A DNA stretch of 64,000 nucleotides from Callorhinchus milii (GCF_018977255.1 NW_024704742.1:66590001-66654000), one strand, 5' to 3'. Shown: positions 22,885 to 36,642, counted from the stretch's first letter. Notes: generated from the sequence alone by a model not told the origin. Numbers and translations are program-made.

Positions 22885-23350
22885 AATGATAATCCTTGTA
22901 TTTAATATAGTTCTATTGAGCCGTGTCAAAGTACTACACAGGATATAATGTAACTGTGACTGTATATTTTGTGGGTGAAACACGGCATCCAGTTGCACAC
23001 AGCAGTGTCCCACAAACATCCATGCAGTGAGTGACCAATTTTATTTAGGGGATTGTTGGTCAGGACACCGGGGGAGAGAAGAAAACTCTTTTCGAATAGC
23101 GGCATGGGGTCTTTAACATCCACTTGAACAGTCAGAGGGACCTCGGATATCTCAATAGTGCAATGGGATCTTTAACATCAACCTGAACAGGGAGGCATGA
23201 CCATTAATATCTAACATCTCATTCGAACCATGAACATCTCATCTGAAGGATGCACCTTTAACATACGGCTTGAACCTGCAACCTTCTGACTCAGAGGTGA
23301 GAGTGCTACCAAGTGAGCCAGGCTGACACCCAATGCATTAACCATCACCA
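22885..23350 (-). mobile_element. Deu-domain SINE with duplicated core
   Basis: ATGGG(G/A)TCTTTAACATC core present twice; head ends GCCAGGCTGACAC. Confidence 0.8.
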
Positions 23351-24077
23351 CACATTTTACCCCAATCATCCTGTTTGGAAATACACAGTCAATTCACTTT
23401 ACAATACATTCTGGGAAGTGCTCTGAGAAGTCTCAACAACGCGATAAGGCGCTATACCAAATGTAAGGATTATTATTATTATAAAACATTATCCTACAGT
23501 GTAAAATTGTGCCATTCATGGTAAACTGTCAAACTATAGGCTAATGTGGCTCCTATTTGCAACTCTGTAAAAGTCAACGATAGCAGAGTTATAAATTCAC
23601 AGAAGAAATGAAACCTTAATTGAACTAACAAATAGATTTATTGAAGACGAGGTCTCAAGTTGCCGAGACCTGTGCAGGTGTCAGTGAACAGGAGAAAAAC
23701 GTTGTTGCTTTGCTATAATTGCCTTTTGATCTGTGTCAAATTTCCACGCTTTTTCATTTGCACCTGAACAAAATGCTAGCTTGGCTGTGAAAGATCACAT
23801 TCAATAAACGTGCTTGTTGGCCTGTTAAAAGCCTTACCCGCTGTTCTCATTTGTGAATGTATATTTAAAACCGTACTTGATAATTGCTTCTTGGAAGCCT
23901 TGTCATTTCTGTATCTCTGTGACACTGAACAGTGGTCCTTTGTAAATGCTGCTGCCACATGTCAACCACAAGCTTATGTAATATTCAACAGCTCAATATA
24001 CAATAATATTTAATAATAATTCAACAATAAACAAAATCTGTTTCGGGGAAGACAGCACACATATAGTTTAAAAAAAA

Positions 24078-25040
24078 AGTGGTCACTTAATCCAAAAATG
24101 TTTGTGGGACACTGCTTTGACCAATTGGCTTCCGAGTTTCGCCTACAAAATGCACAGTCAATTCATTTTGTGAAGCTCTTTGAGACATATATTCTGTGAA
24201 GCACTTTGAAACATCTCAATGATGTGATACGGCGCTGTATCAACTGCAAAGATTATTATTATATTATAAAGTGACAAAGATCTATCAGAATAATACCCAT
24301 AAATAATATAAAAGGATATCAAAGTAAGGAGGTCCTGGCCAACAATTCCCCAAATAAAATTGGTCCCATGACTGTTTGTGGGACTTTGCTATGTGCAACT
24401 GGCTGCCGCATATGGCTCACAAAATACAGCCAATGTATTTTACAGTACAGTCCATGAAATGCTTTAAGAAGTCTCAATGACGTGATAATGCACGTTTCAT
24501 TTCAAATGCAAGGATTATTATTATTAATATTATTATTTGAAAAGAGAAGGTAGAAGGGAGTTCTCTTTTCCCCAGATAGAATCGTCATTCACTTCATGTT
24601 GTTTACAGGTATTGGGAAGTTATTGTATCCAAATCGGCTGCCACATTTCACAATAATAAAAATAATCCTTGCATTTGATATAGCTTGTTATCACGTCTTC
24701 GAAACGTCTCAAAGCGCTTCACAGACTATAATTTTTGCCTATTAACACAGTCAGTATACTTTACACTAAATAATCCCTCCAAAAAACAAATAAATAACAA
24801 TAATTTGGTCACTCAATCCACAACTGTTTTTTGGGACACTGCTGTTCGTAATTGGCTGTCGCATTTCGCCCACAAAATATACAGTCACTCCACTTTACAG
24901 TATATTCTGTGAGGCGCTCAAAGACATACTAAGTCTCTCTATCAAATGGCAGGATTATTATTATCACTAAATCATGTGAAACACTTTAAGAAGTCTCAAT
25001 GATGTGATGAGGCGTGATATCAAATGCAAGGATTATTATT
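24078..25040. mobile_element. cluster of about 6 SINE tail fragments, mostly plus strand
   Basis: Repeated TGTGAAGC..GAGAC..AAATGCAAGGATTATT tails. Confidence 0.8.
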
Positions 25041-25668
25041 TAGAATGTAAGTAGTGTTACTGCTGGAAGTGATTTCAGCACTGCAGCCGAAAGTGAGAAC
25101 ATGTTTTGAGTTAGCAATTTACTTTCTTTTCAGTTTTGCATTGGGCGCAATGATTGTTTTATATTAGCATCTAACCTGGGGGGGAAGCATCGATCTTTGA
25201 GAATGTATCACACAAATCATTTTGCACTAAACTGTGGAATCAATAAAGAAATCTCCTGGAAAATTTATATTAAAAAGCCACCGTTTGTTTAAATGAGTTC
25301 CATGTGAACCGTATTGAATATTTTGTTGATGAATTGAACGATTTTAAATTTGAACATTGCAGGCCCATTAAAGGATGCATTCTTAAATCAAACTCTGCCA
25401 TACTTGACTGAAAGAGATTTTCCCCGCAATAAGATATGGTAGAATACAAATCCGTTCTTCATTTTACAGGTGGCAATAAAACTGTGACAGCTCTTTTTAA
25501 ATACAGAGCCTCGTGCAGACTTTTTGATACGTTTGCCTTGCAGGGCAGTCTATCTTGATTCACAATTAATTTGTATTTCAATGCTTGATAAAAAAGGTGT
25601 GATGAAATTTGCAATGCATTATTCCAGGTTAGATTCCACATACTGTACTTGTTTCAAGTACCTGGAGT

Positions 25669-26225
25669 GTGTCAGTCTGGCTCAGCTGGTAGCACTCTGA
25701 GTCAGAAGCTTGTGAGTTCAAGCCCCATGTCGGGATTTGTAACTCGTATGGTCGAGACTTCAATACAGTGCTTGGGGTGTTTTGCGTCGTCGCAGGTGCT
25801 GTCCTTCGAATGAGATGTTAAACCGAGCTCATGTCTACCTGTTTATGTGGATGCTAAAGATCCTATGGCACTAATTCAAATAGAAAGAGAGCTTCTCCTG
25901 GTGTTCTGGTCAACAAATCCTCCCACCCAATAAAATTGGTTATTTGTTTCATGGTTGTTTGTGGGACACTGCTGTTTGCAAATTGGCTGCCACGTTTACC
26001 TACAAAAAAATACACAGTCACATAAGGGAGAAGGGATTAGAAAGGTATGGTAGGGAGTAAGGAATGGGTGGAGTATAAACACTGGCACGGACCTGTTGGG
26101 CCAAATGGCTTGCTTATGTGCTGTAAAGTCTACGCAAATCTATGCGAACCTCACATTAAAAACTTTTGAAGTGCTTTGAGGCATTTCGATGATATAAACA
26201 GGTGCTGTATCAAATGCAAGATTTA
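25669..26225 (+). mobile_element. Deu-domain SINE with CR1-tail insertion (~26023-26145)
   Basis: Full head and core; tail split by AAGGGAGAAGGGATTAGAAAGGTATGG..GGGCCAAATGGC. Confidence 0.85.
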
Positions 26226-26776
26226 TTAAGGATCATCAGTATTACAGAATGCCACAAACTCCATTCCGGGCAGGGAGAAATGCCATTTAGATCTGAGAAG
26301 TGCAGTACTTTCACAGCATTTTAGAGCTTCCAACCGAGACGTGCTGAAGTATTAAGTGTAAGATATTCGGAAGATGAAGGACCACGGCAGATTTTGCTGA
26401 AATCCAGCATGTGTATTGGTTTCTATTACAGAATCACTGGATCAAGCACTGGAGATGATGGGGGAGTGGAGGGGGGAGAGCCGTAGTTCAGCATTACGCT
26501 GTAAGAACAACAACTCAAAAAGCTGAGCACAAGAAAATCTCTGCAGCTTCCCCTCCGGCTACAAGTTTAACAACTGTTGAAGGACAAAGGATAATATATG
26601 TGAGCGCCAGGGCCATGGTCCACTGGATTACAACAAACGGCCCCCATTTGACCTTTAAATTAAAGGGTTTCTCTGTATATCACACATGACGGAATTCATA
26701 AGTACTTTTTTAAAAAAAGGAAAACTTTTGGGGAAATGAAGAAAACATCAGAAAGTCACAATGGATAAAGGAAATA

Positions 26777-27025
26777 TAATAATAATAACCCTTGGATTTG
26801 ATATAGTACCTTGTCATATCGTTGAGAAATCTCAAAGCCTCAAAGCGCTTCACAGAATATAGTGTAAAGTGGATTGACTGTGTATTTTGTGGGCGAAACA
26901 AGACCGTCAATTGCACACAGCAGTGTCCCACAAACAGTTGTGGATTGAGTGAGCATATTTTTGTTTTTGAGGGGATTATTACCACCGGAAAGCGATGTGC
27001 TAATCGACTAACAACCGGGTTCCTA
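26777..27025 (-). mobile_element. CmiSINE-like SINE, long form, head missing
   Basis: AATCGACTAACAACCGGGTTCCTA body plus tail. Confidence 0.85.
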
Positions 27026-27653
27026 TGTGAAGAGACCTTCAAATGCGAAGAGAGCTTTCTTATTGTCTTGTATTTGTTGACAGGCTAGGAAGAGAGAGAA
27101 TGGTGGTTGTGGTGGTGTTGGTTGGTGGGGGAGGGAAGGGGGGACTGAAATGATATGTCCACAGTTGAGATGATGGATTGGGTTTGTTTAAGCCATCATT
27201 ACATTGTGCTTTTATATGGACCTCAGTATTTATAACACTTAAAGTTGATTGAATAATGTGGTTTGCAGAATCCCCGCTGGTCAGCGGAGGTGACAGGCCT
27301 TGACAGCGAACACGGAGACATTACAGCTCCCAGAGCAGTGCAGGATGTCGGTGCAATCTTAAACAATCTGCTGCTTGCTCTAGTGTGTAATACAACGACG
27401 GAAAAAAGTGAGCTGATATACACTGCCGAAAGGTTGCTTTGAAGTTATACATATGTAAGTTTTTTTTAAAAGACACTTTAACCTTGCTTAGTATTGTCTG
27501 TGTTAGTCTTAAGTGTATGCCATCCTCCAGGGAAAAATCCTCCATTCCTGGCACGTTTTGGGGACATTTTCAAGGCCTGAAATTCTGAAAATAGAATTTG
27601 ATCAGATCTACTTGTGAACAGTGGCAGTCCCAGATAAGCATCTAGAATGAGGT

Positions 27654-28095
27654 GTGTCAGCCTGATTCTGTCGATAGCACTCTTGCCTAAGTCAGAAGGT
27701 TGTGGGTTCAAGCCCCACGTTGGGACTTTGAGCTCACATAGTTTAGGCTGACACTCCAGTGCAGTGCTGGGGTTGTGCTGTGTTGTCTGAGGTGCCATCC
27801 TTTGGATGAGATGTTAATTTGAGGCCCCATCTGGCTGTTTAGGTGGATGTTAAAGATCCCCATGGCACTATTTGAAAAGAGAAGGTGGTTTCTTTCAATG
27901 TCCCGACGACAATCCCCCAAATAAAATTGGTCATTCACTTCACGGCTGTTTGTGGGATGTTGCTGCCCACAAATTGGCTGCCATGTTCCCCTACAAAATA
28001 CACAGTCACTACACTTTACAGTAAATTCCTGCGAAATGCTTTGAGACAACCTCCCTACAAAAAAACACTACATCAAATGCTAAGATTATTATTAG
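27654..28095 (+). mobile_element. Deu-domain SINE, full length
   Basis: Head, complete Deu core, tail. Confidence 0.9.
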
Positions 28096-28209
28096 GAATC
28101 CCACAGATTTTATCCATATAACCAAGGAATGTTTTGTTAAAGAAGGAAGTTGTTCACTACACATCGCTGTGTCTGCTCTCTATAAGAGCTCTCTGTTCAG
28201 TCACATCTG

Positions 28210-28435
28210 ATGTCATTGAGATGTCTCAAACTGTTTCACAGGATATCCTGTAAAGTGGATTGACTGTGTATTTTGTGTGCGAAATGTGGTAGCCAGTTGC
28301 CCAGAGCAATGTCCCACAAACAGCCATGGAGTGAATGACCAATTTTATTTTGGGGGATGGTTGACCAGGACACCGGGTGAAACTCCCATCTCTTTTTAAA
28401 TAGTACCATGGGATCTTTAACATCCACCTAAACAT
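28210..28435 (-). mobile_element. Deu-domain SINE fragment
   Basis: CCATGGGATCTTTAACATCCACC. Confidence 0.8.
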
Positions 28436-28888
28436 CCAATGTTAATCACTATGTCTGGCAACCTTTCCACACATCAATAACTCTCTGAGAGAGAAGCACC
28501 TGCTTAATCTCAGATCTTGCTAGAAGTTTGTTAATTTCACTCACGTCCTTATTTCTGTCCTGTGTGTTAAATAGCCTGTTTCTTTTTTCATATACATAAT
28601 TTCTGGTGCTTGAATAAAACAGGTGCTCTGCAATACATATGATATGTATATCCTCTCATCGCTACGGTCTATTTTTCTTCCTTCCTTTCTTCCAGTCTAT
28701 CTATCTTTCTTTTCTCTATATCTCTATCTTTCATGGCCTTGACGTATTTTTCATTTCTTAATGGTGATGGTTTCTACCCATGCTCATCAGAGCATATGAA
28801 AGTGCTCTATAAGGCATATTACGTGCTTCGTGAAGTGATTTTGGATACATTGTTGAGCACATGTGCTCAACAGCACATGCTCAACAGG

Positions 28889-28977
28889 ACACATCTCTGT
28901 GTCTGCTCTGTATAAGAGCTCTCTGTTCAGTCACATCTGGCGCTGTTGAGATGTCTCAAACCACTTCACAGGATATA
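28889..28977 (+). repeat. local direct duplication of 28159-28247
   Basis: CTGTGTCTGCTCT.TATAAGAGCTCTCTGTTCAGTCACATCTG..GAGATGTCTCAAAC..TTCACAGGATAT at both sites, offset 730. Confidence 0.9.
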
Positions 28978-29084
28978 AGCATGTTGAGCATGTGCTCTAG
29001 GATGCTTCCCTGGGTGAATGGCACTCTGTAAATGCAAGTTGTTGTTATGTGTAAGAACTATTGTCCCACCATTCAAACGTATGA

Positions 29085-29240
29085 CCGTGATACTGACCAC
29101 AGTCATCTCCATTGGTGGCTGCGCTTTCAGCCGCTCGTCCCCGAAACTCTGGAACACTCGTCCTCTATCCCTCCGCATTTCCCCTTCCTTCCCCATCTTC
29201 AGGTTGCGCCTGAAGACCTTCCTATTCAACCGTGCCGAGC
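29085..29240 (+). mobile_element. L2 3' fragment
   Basis: IGGCAFSRSSPKLWN..FRLRLKTFLFNRA. Confidence 0.8.
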
Positions 29241-29489
29241 ATCAGCTTAGACTAGAGTTTGAAGTCCTGATGTGGGGTTAAGTGGTGACGAGCAGAAACC
29301 AGTTCGTCAGTTGCGTATGAGATGAGAATTTGTAACTTAGGAAGGTAGGAAAACAGGAAGAGGCCATTCTAGCCCATCAAACCTGTTCCACCATCAAGAT
29401 CTTAGAAGATCTTTCAATTCCGATGCTCTGTTCTTTTCCGACAGCGATTTATACGGCAAGAATAACTTTGAATCAATAATAATAATCCT

Positions 29490-29810
29490 ATAATAATAAT
29501 AATCCTTGCATTTGATATAGCACTTTATCATGTCGTTGAAACATCTCAAAGTGCTTCACAGAATATATTGTAATGTGTATTTTGTGGCCAAATGCAGCAG
29601 TGTCCTACAAACAGTCGTGGAATGAGTGGCCAACAATCTCTCAGATAAAATCGATTATTTGTTTCATGGCTGGTTGTGGGACAATGGTGTGTGCCAATCG
29701 GCTGCCAATTTTGACTTACAAAATACATAGTCACTGCACTTCACAGTGAATTCTGAGAGGTTTTGAAGTGGTGATCGGGTGCTAAATCAAATGCAAAATT
29801 TTATTATTGT
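29490..29810. mobile_element. two SINE tails in opposite orientation
   Basis: Minus tail 29490-29630, plus tail 29630-29810. Confidence 0.7.
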
Positions 29811-30279
29811 TAATATTTCTATTATAGTGAACGCTTTCCTTCCTTTATAGGTGTCCTCACTTGCATGAAATTTGGGCATTGAACAGCAAACAATGGGTTC
29901 CTTATCTAGAAGCAGAGAGCGTTATTCAGTCAGATAATAAGCATACAAAGTAAGGATAATGCATTGATCCTCTCAGCCTTGTTTAATAGGTGTGGGCTTC
30001 ATTCTAGCCTGAGAATTGCTCATCTCTGGAGCATCCTCGTTTTGACAGTGTTGGGACATCATGGAGCTCTAATCAGGCATTGTTGAGAGGGAATTATATA
30101 CAAGCTATCTTTAGGTGAGCCTTTGAGTGGAAATAAGCAGAGGAGAGGTGATTAGGAGAAAAATTCATTCTCCACGTTATCTGCGATGCTGCCTGGCAAT
30201 TTTTTTCCCCCAAAATAACGAATGGAGCGCTAGGGAGATATTACGAACCCAGAGAGTCGCTCCAACATTTTATACAATG

Positions 30280-30752
30280 CCTTATCAAAATGTCTCAAAG
30301 TGCTTCACAGGATTTATAACAACAACAATAATAACTTGCATTTATATAGTGCTGTTCATGTGAGTAGTGTCTCGGATCGCTGAAATTTGTGGTAAAGTGT
30401 ATTAACTGGGTATTTTGAAGGTGAACAAGGCAGCCAATTTGCACATAGTCATAGTCCACAAACACCTTTGAGGTGAATGACTGATTTTATTTTGGGGTTT
30501 GTTGGCCAGGACACTGAGAGAAACTCCCTTCTCTTTTCGAATAGTGGTCATGGGATCTTTAATATCCACCTGGACAGGCGGACGGGACCTCAGTTTAACG
30601 TCTCATTTGCAAAATGTCACTTCCGACAATTCAGCGCAACCCACAGCATAGACTGTGAGTTCCAAGTCCCAACATGCAGTTTGAACCCATGTACCTCTTG
30701 ACTCAGATATGTTTATGTAGTCAAGGTATGCTGACTGACCCAGGCTGACACC
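30280..30752 (-). mobile_element. Deu-domain SINE with L2-tail insert
   Basis: Core and head; ACAACAACAATAATAACTTGCATTTATATAG insert at ~30318-30380. Confidence 0.75.
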
Positions 30753-30759
30753 AGATTTA

Positions 30760-31107
30760 TAATAATAATAATCCTTGCATTTGATATAGTATCTTTGAGA
30801 CATCTCAAAGCACTTCACAGAGTATATTGTAAAGTGGATTTACTGTATATTTTGTGGGCAAAACTCGGCAGCCAATTACGCACCCCAGTGTTCCACAAAC
30901 AATCGTGCATTCAGGGACCACATTTTATTTTTAGAGGGATTATTTCCCCCGGAAAGCGATCCACCAATCGACTAACAATCTGCTTACTGCTAGGTAAACC
31001 AGGGTGTGGAGTAAGGAAACTTGCCTAACGTTTCGCCCCATCCAGGAATCGAACCAGGTACGCTTGCTCGCGAGGTGAGCGCTTTAACCACTGAGCTACA
31101 GGACTCC
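30760..31107 (-). mobile_element. CmiSINE-like SINE, long form, full length
   Basis: Ends AACCACTGAGCTACAGGACTCC (head on minus). Confidence 0.9.
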
Positions 31108-31149
31108 ACCTTTGGTGTATTCCATGTAAGTGGCTTGATGGTGTTACAT

Positions 31150-31860
31150 GCAGGTGACCCGTGTGTGCGTGGGAGGGCGCGAGCGAGCAAGCAAGCTGTC
31201 TGCCCCTTTTGTTTCTCTCAATCACACACATCCTCAACTCCGCTCAGCCCAAGTAATGTATGAAATAGATTCAAAAAATGATCAGTCAGCCATGCGTTTA
31301 TATCAGAGGCTGCTCTGGTACTTTCACTTTATCTGATGGACAGCGCGATCGAGCCCTCGGGCAGACAGTCACTAAACTCACGGGTAACGACACAAAATGA
31401 ATTTCTGCTTAGGCGCTGAGCTTTGCTGGGGAATGTGTCCGTGAAATATAATAAAGTAATGGCAATAATGTCCACTCACTGTTTTCGCACTTTCTGAATA
31501 AGATTACAGGTCGCTGTGTTACTGCAGCGCCTATCACCGAGAGGGTCTCTCTACAGTCTAAGAGAAATTATATTTGCCTGTTTATGTGAAGAATGATGAA
31601 ACTCTAAATGGATAGTTGACCTTTAGTGAATGACATAAGACCTGCAAGATGTCCTGGCACTATATCGACAGCGCTTGTTGGAAATTGCAGTCTGCCGAGT
31701 GAAATAAACAATAAGATATCAAATATAGTTCTAAAATTGACTGGATTTTAACACCAGGAAAGTGAATTATTTTGACTCGCCAGTCAGAACGCATCAACTC
31801 ATTTTAAATCATTCTCCGTCTAGTCCAGGGAATGCAAGGAATATGTTTTTTAAGGTTATT
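31150..31860. promoter_or_regulatory. candidate regulatory island, CpG-retaining unique sequence
   Basis: Repeat-free with locally frequent CpG (GGCGCGAGCGAG, CAGCGCGATCGAG). Confidence 0.3.
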
Positions 31861-32869
31861 TAGGTTTTGAGGGATTGCTGTTTGACAAACTCAAGGCTTA
31901 CGTTAACCCTTTCTGTTTTCCCTTTCCCCCTTCGCCTGCCCACCCCCACCCCCACACCCCGGTCTCATCCCCCATCCCCCTCCCCAGAGCAGCAATAGAG
32001 AAAGACATAATCCACAATTCATCACAGCCCAAAGCCACATGGATTTCAGTGAGGAAACACAGGGCACAGAGCCCTGGAAACATTTTACACTGAAGTATTA
32101 AGCGATCTTTGAATGTGTGTCAACCAGGGTTTGTGGGCAGACCCCTGGCCTCCAGAGCCAGTAAATCACAGAATCAGGAGTCAAGTGATGAGCGTTGTAA
32201 ATAGGTGCCTGGCTGAACTGATAAAGTCTGATTACATGAAATGGCACAGGTTGGATAAGGTTAAGCAATGATGAAGTCCTCGGAGTTCTGACATGAGAAG
32301 GCTCTTGTGGCNAAAAATTATATATCTTGTGTCAAGAAGGGAACCTGTATAGACTTTCATTTGTTATATATGGGATAACCATTAATCCCCTTGCCTGTAT
32401 TTGGCTGCTCCCTCCCTGTCAAATGCCTCATGTTAACTATTTAAGGACCGCAGTGTTGTTTGCACCCAAACCGCAAATGGAACAATATTAGGGTTTAATC
32501 TGCAGTAGTTGCTATTAAAGAATCCATCCCTTACAATAATAATCCTGGTATTTGATATAATGCCTAAACACGTCTTTGAGACATTTCAAAGTGCTTCACA
32601 GAATATACTGTAAAGTGAATTGACTGTATATTTTGTGGGCAAAACGGGTAGCTAATTGTACACAGCAGCCGTGGATTGAATGACAAAACTATTATTATTT
32701 TTAAAAAATGTGTTTGGTATTCCAGTAATCAGAAATAACCCGACCCACACGAACTCTGGTCTACTTCCAAATTGCCGTTCTCCCAAAGGTGGTGGTGGGG
32801 GGGGAGCTGTTGATGGAAATTAAGACCAGATTCCTTGTTAAGGAATTATACATTAACAAATTATTATTA

Positions 32870-33280
32870 ATGATAATAATAATAATCCTTGCATTTGATA
32901 TAGCGCCTTATGATGTCGTAAAGACGATTGAAAGCGCTTCACAGGATTTGCTGTGACATGCAGCTGTGAAATTTGCAGGTCAACGCGGCAGCCACGAAGA
33001 GCTATGAAGTGAGTGACTAATTTTATCTATCGGGACTCCTGGCCTTGTCACTGGGAGAAACTTCCTTCTCTTTTCAATTAGTGCCGTGGCATCTTTAATA
33101 CCTATAGCAGGCAGGACATCTTTTAAGGTCTCATCTGAAGAATGCCACCTCCGACAATACAACACCCCCACGATATTGTATTGAAGTGTCAGCTTAGACT
33201 ATTAGCAAAATCCTGGCATGAGGTTATGAACCCACGATCTTATAACCCAGAGGCGAGAATGTTACCAACTGAATTTAGCT
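32870..33280 (-). mobile_element. Deu-domain SINE, degenerate
   Basis: (AAT)n tail, core, head. Confidence 0.75.
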
Positions 33281-33499
33281 GGGACCTTTTGGTGAATTGT
33301 CCTCTTGCACCTAAAGGATCTTCCCTGCTTCTCTGGAGAATTCTACCACACACCTGGGCAAATTTGTAGCAGACACACCTCACTTTTCCAATCCGAACCC
33401 TCCGCTCCCTTGCTCAGTGCCCCACCCCCATTATAGTAAAGAGCTCCGAGATGTTAACCTGCATGAAGGGTCTGGTACAAAGGCAAGTTGTTGTTGTTA

Positions 33500-33735
33500 T
33501 AATAATAATAATCCTTTCATTTGATATAGCACCTTATCACGTCACGTGGATTGAGTGACCAAATTCTTTTTTAGGAGGAATTGTTACTCCCAGAATATGC
33601 CAATATGCAATACGCCAATCGACTAACCACTGGGTTCCTACTTACTGCTAGGTAAACAGAGGTGTGTGGAGTAAGGAAAGTTACCTAAGGTTTCACTCCA
33701 CCCAGGAATCAAGCCTCCCAGGTCCTCTCACTTGT
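33500..33735 (-). mobile_element. CmiSINE-like SINE, long form with tail deletion
   Basis: GGTTCCTACTTACTGCTAGGTAAACAGAGG body. Confidence 0.8.
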
Positions 33736-34146
33736 GTAAGAACAAGCCACAAGCTGCAGCTCTGCTCTGTCAGATACATAACTTCCACCAGAACAAAACA
33801 CACATGGTTTTCTGTCCACCTCATAACTTACAGCTAATTTGTACTTTGCGACATTTCCCTTGAAGGCACACAGCGGCAGTGAAGAAAGATAACTAATGGA
33901 AAGTATTTTGAAGCAGTTTAACCCAATTACAACAGTTTTTTTTTGTGTGTGTCTGGGGCTGTAACATTTGTCAGCAGAGGTTTATTGCAGCCCAGAAGCG
34001 TAGTGATGGCAGATGGAGCCTCTGTGGAGGGAGAACATTTCATCAATGTCTTCCTACCAGCAACAACAGACCACAATCGTATCGAAATCCTCGCAGTGTC
34101 GGAGCAGAGGCTGGAGAGAGGTGATCAGAAATGAATACATTTGTTA

Positions 34147-34330
34147 TAATAATAATCCTTGCATTTGATACAGTGCCTTATCACATCGGTGAGACGTCTC
34201 AAGACGCTTCACAGAATATACTGTAAAGTGAATTGACTGTATATTTTGTGGGCGAAACGCGGGAGCCAATCCACAAACAGTCGTGGATTAAGTGACCCCA
34301 TTTTTTAAAATATATTTATTTTTGAAGGAA
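34147..34330 (-). mobile_element. SINE tail fragment
   Basis: Shared tail. Confidence 0.8.
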
Positions 34331-34429
34331 TTATTTGTTTTTTGTGGGGTTGGGGGGAGGAAATAGAGGGAAAATGATTCAAGCTCCATACATCAGTGAT
34401 ACCAAAGGACATGCAATACGAGATTCCTA

Positions 34430-35330
34430 TGAGGACACAGGGGGGAAAAAAATTAAAGACCATCACCTGGTGATGTAAACCACGTTTAAGACCATCCTGT
34501 GCTCCCATCACAGCATCAAGCTGCTTATTCAAATACGTTCAGTGTCCTGCCCTCAACCACCTTTCCTTATAACCTGTTCCAATCTTTAATTACCCTCTGG
34601 GTGAAGCAAACTACTGTCCTGAAATTGCCCTTTGCAACTCTTAACCTGCATCCTCTTGTTCTACGGTGCTGATGAATCCTAAAATATTGTTCTGCATTTA
34701 CTTTTTTCAATCCTATTTAAAATGTCATATTCATCTTTAATGTCCCTTCTTCTCTCAAGACTGAAGAGTCCGAGCTTCTCTAATCATTACTCACAGCTCA
34801 TTTCTCTAACACTGAGAATCATCGCTGCTCTCCTCTGCACCGCCACTAGAGCCTGGACAGACCCTTTATGTTGCAACGACCAGGACTGTCTGTAGTATTC
34901 AGAATGGTCGTCTAGAGCTCTATACAGCCTTAGAATGACATCTGGGGATCTAAACTCAACTGAGTTAGTAATATAGTCCAGCTTCCTGTTTGCCTGGTTT
35001 ATTGCTACCTCACACTGTTTTGTCAACAACAACAAATTACATTTATGTAGTGCCTTACACATTGGAAGGACATCCCAAGGCACTGAATAGGGAGCGACAA
35101 ATCCACTAACATCCGTAGATCACTTTCTGCTTCCCCCTTGGCAAGTTCAATCCCATCCACAGAGTATTATTCTTATTTCCCACATGCCTTGGATTTATCT
35201 GTATTAAACTCCATTTGCCAGTTCTTAGCCCATGTGTATACCCTATTATTTGAGGACCTCTTCTGTCTCCTCTGATTCCACGGTTTCCTGTCAACTTGGT
35301 GTCATCCGTAAATGTAAACATCTTACCTTT
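34430..35330 (-). mobile_element. CR1 LINE RT and C-terminal fragment, interrupted by an L2 tail (~35025-35090)
   Basis: FTDDTKL (FADDTKL RT motif), ANRKLDYI, ILRLYRAL, QSWS, VQRRA motifs on minus. Confidence 0.9.
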
Positions 35331-35669
35331 TAATGGGGCCCCACTACACATATCCAGATTTCTGGAGAGCAAATAGGGCTCTTATAATAATATATATTAT
35401 TAATTGTAATAATAATAATGTTGATGTATATTCTTGGACTTGATAATTAACATTAAGTTAGTGGCTTCACAGGTACTACTGTGAAGTGCAGTGACTGTAT
35501 TTGTAATTTTGTAAGCAAATGTGGCAGCCATTTTGATAATAGTGAATGACCACTTGTATCTGGGAGATTGTCGGCAGGACACCGGGAGAAACTGCCCTCT
35601 CTTTCCGAAAAGCGAAGTGCAAATGCAAGGATTATTATTATTTTACGCGGCCTTTTATGTCAGAAGGAC

Positions 35670-35905
35670 AATGCTTCAAGGATTTGACTGTGCAATGATT
35701 GTGTATTGTAGGCAAGCATGGCAGCAAATTTGTGCAATGCAATGTCCCTTAACCAGCCATAGAGTGAGTGACCAATTTTATTTGGGGGATTGTTGGACAG
35801 GACACAGGGAAAAAACTTCTCTTTTCGAACAGTCCCACAGACCTTTATCATCCAACTGAATAGGCAGACGGGATCTTGATTTAACATCTCATCCAAAGGA
35901 ATAGC
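35670..35905 (-). mobile_element. Deu-domain SINE fragment
   Basis: Core plus tail. Confidence 0.7.
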
Positions 35906-36642
35906 TCTTGACTGCTGCCTATTTGCATGCAAAAAACACATATTTTACTTTTAAGCTAAATTTGAAAAAACTAAATGGTTTAAGAGATTATACTATTTAT
36001 CAACAACCATCAAAAATAGGTTGGATAAATTTCAGTATAAAAGCTGCCATTCAAGGCTCCTATTTAGAATTTTGATTCCTACCGTTGAATTCACTTGTCG
36101 TTATTTCAGTGTTTCTAATTCCTATTAGCTAGTGTAATATCATTTTCCTTCATACAGTGGGACTTGTTAAAGCAGAAAAGCTGCATTGTGCACTGTGTTC
36201 AGAACTGAGGTACCGTTCATTTAATTACTCCGGGCTGAATGAATATAGCCGAACCCAGAACAGATACTTAAAATGTAAATCAATTCAGCGATGCATAAAA
36301 ATACCATGCTGATAACAGCCACTGCATAGCACCTCTAGAGAAATCAGCTTGAGCCCTGCCACATTGTGCGTTGGATTGCCTTGCATCTTCTACAGCAGAG
36401 TGAAAGGTTCCCCAGAGCAGCTGTAGAGGGAGCCCTTTCATGCCAAAAAATAGGTTATGTTGTGATCCCTTCGCTGCAGCATCGCACTGCCAGTTCTGGG
36501 CACACAGTTAGCAGGAGCTTCTTCACTGGTGTCTTTCAGCTCAGGCAAATCAGTGGTTCCTTCATATACTCTCAGTTCTCATTAAACTGAATACTTAGTT
36601 CCTGGAAAAACGAGGATCTGCAATTACTAGGAAAGTTAGGAT

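Noticed and set aside
29286..29311. hammerhead-like CTGACGA on minus with TGACGA/TCGTCA stem
   Set aside because: Lacks GAAA and a cleavage-site arrangement in the correct order
33943..34134. 63-aa ORF as a coding exon
   Set aside because: No recognisable domain and no convincing splice pair; more likely unique non-coding sequence
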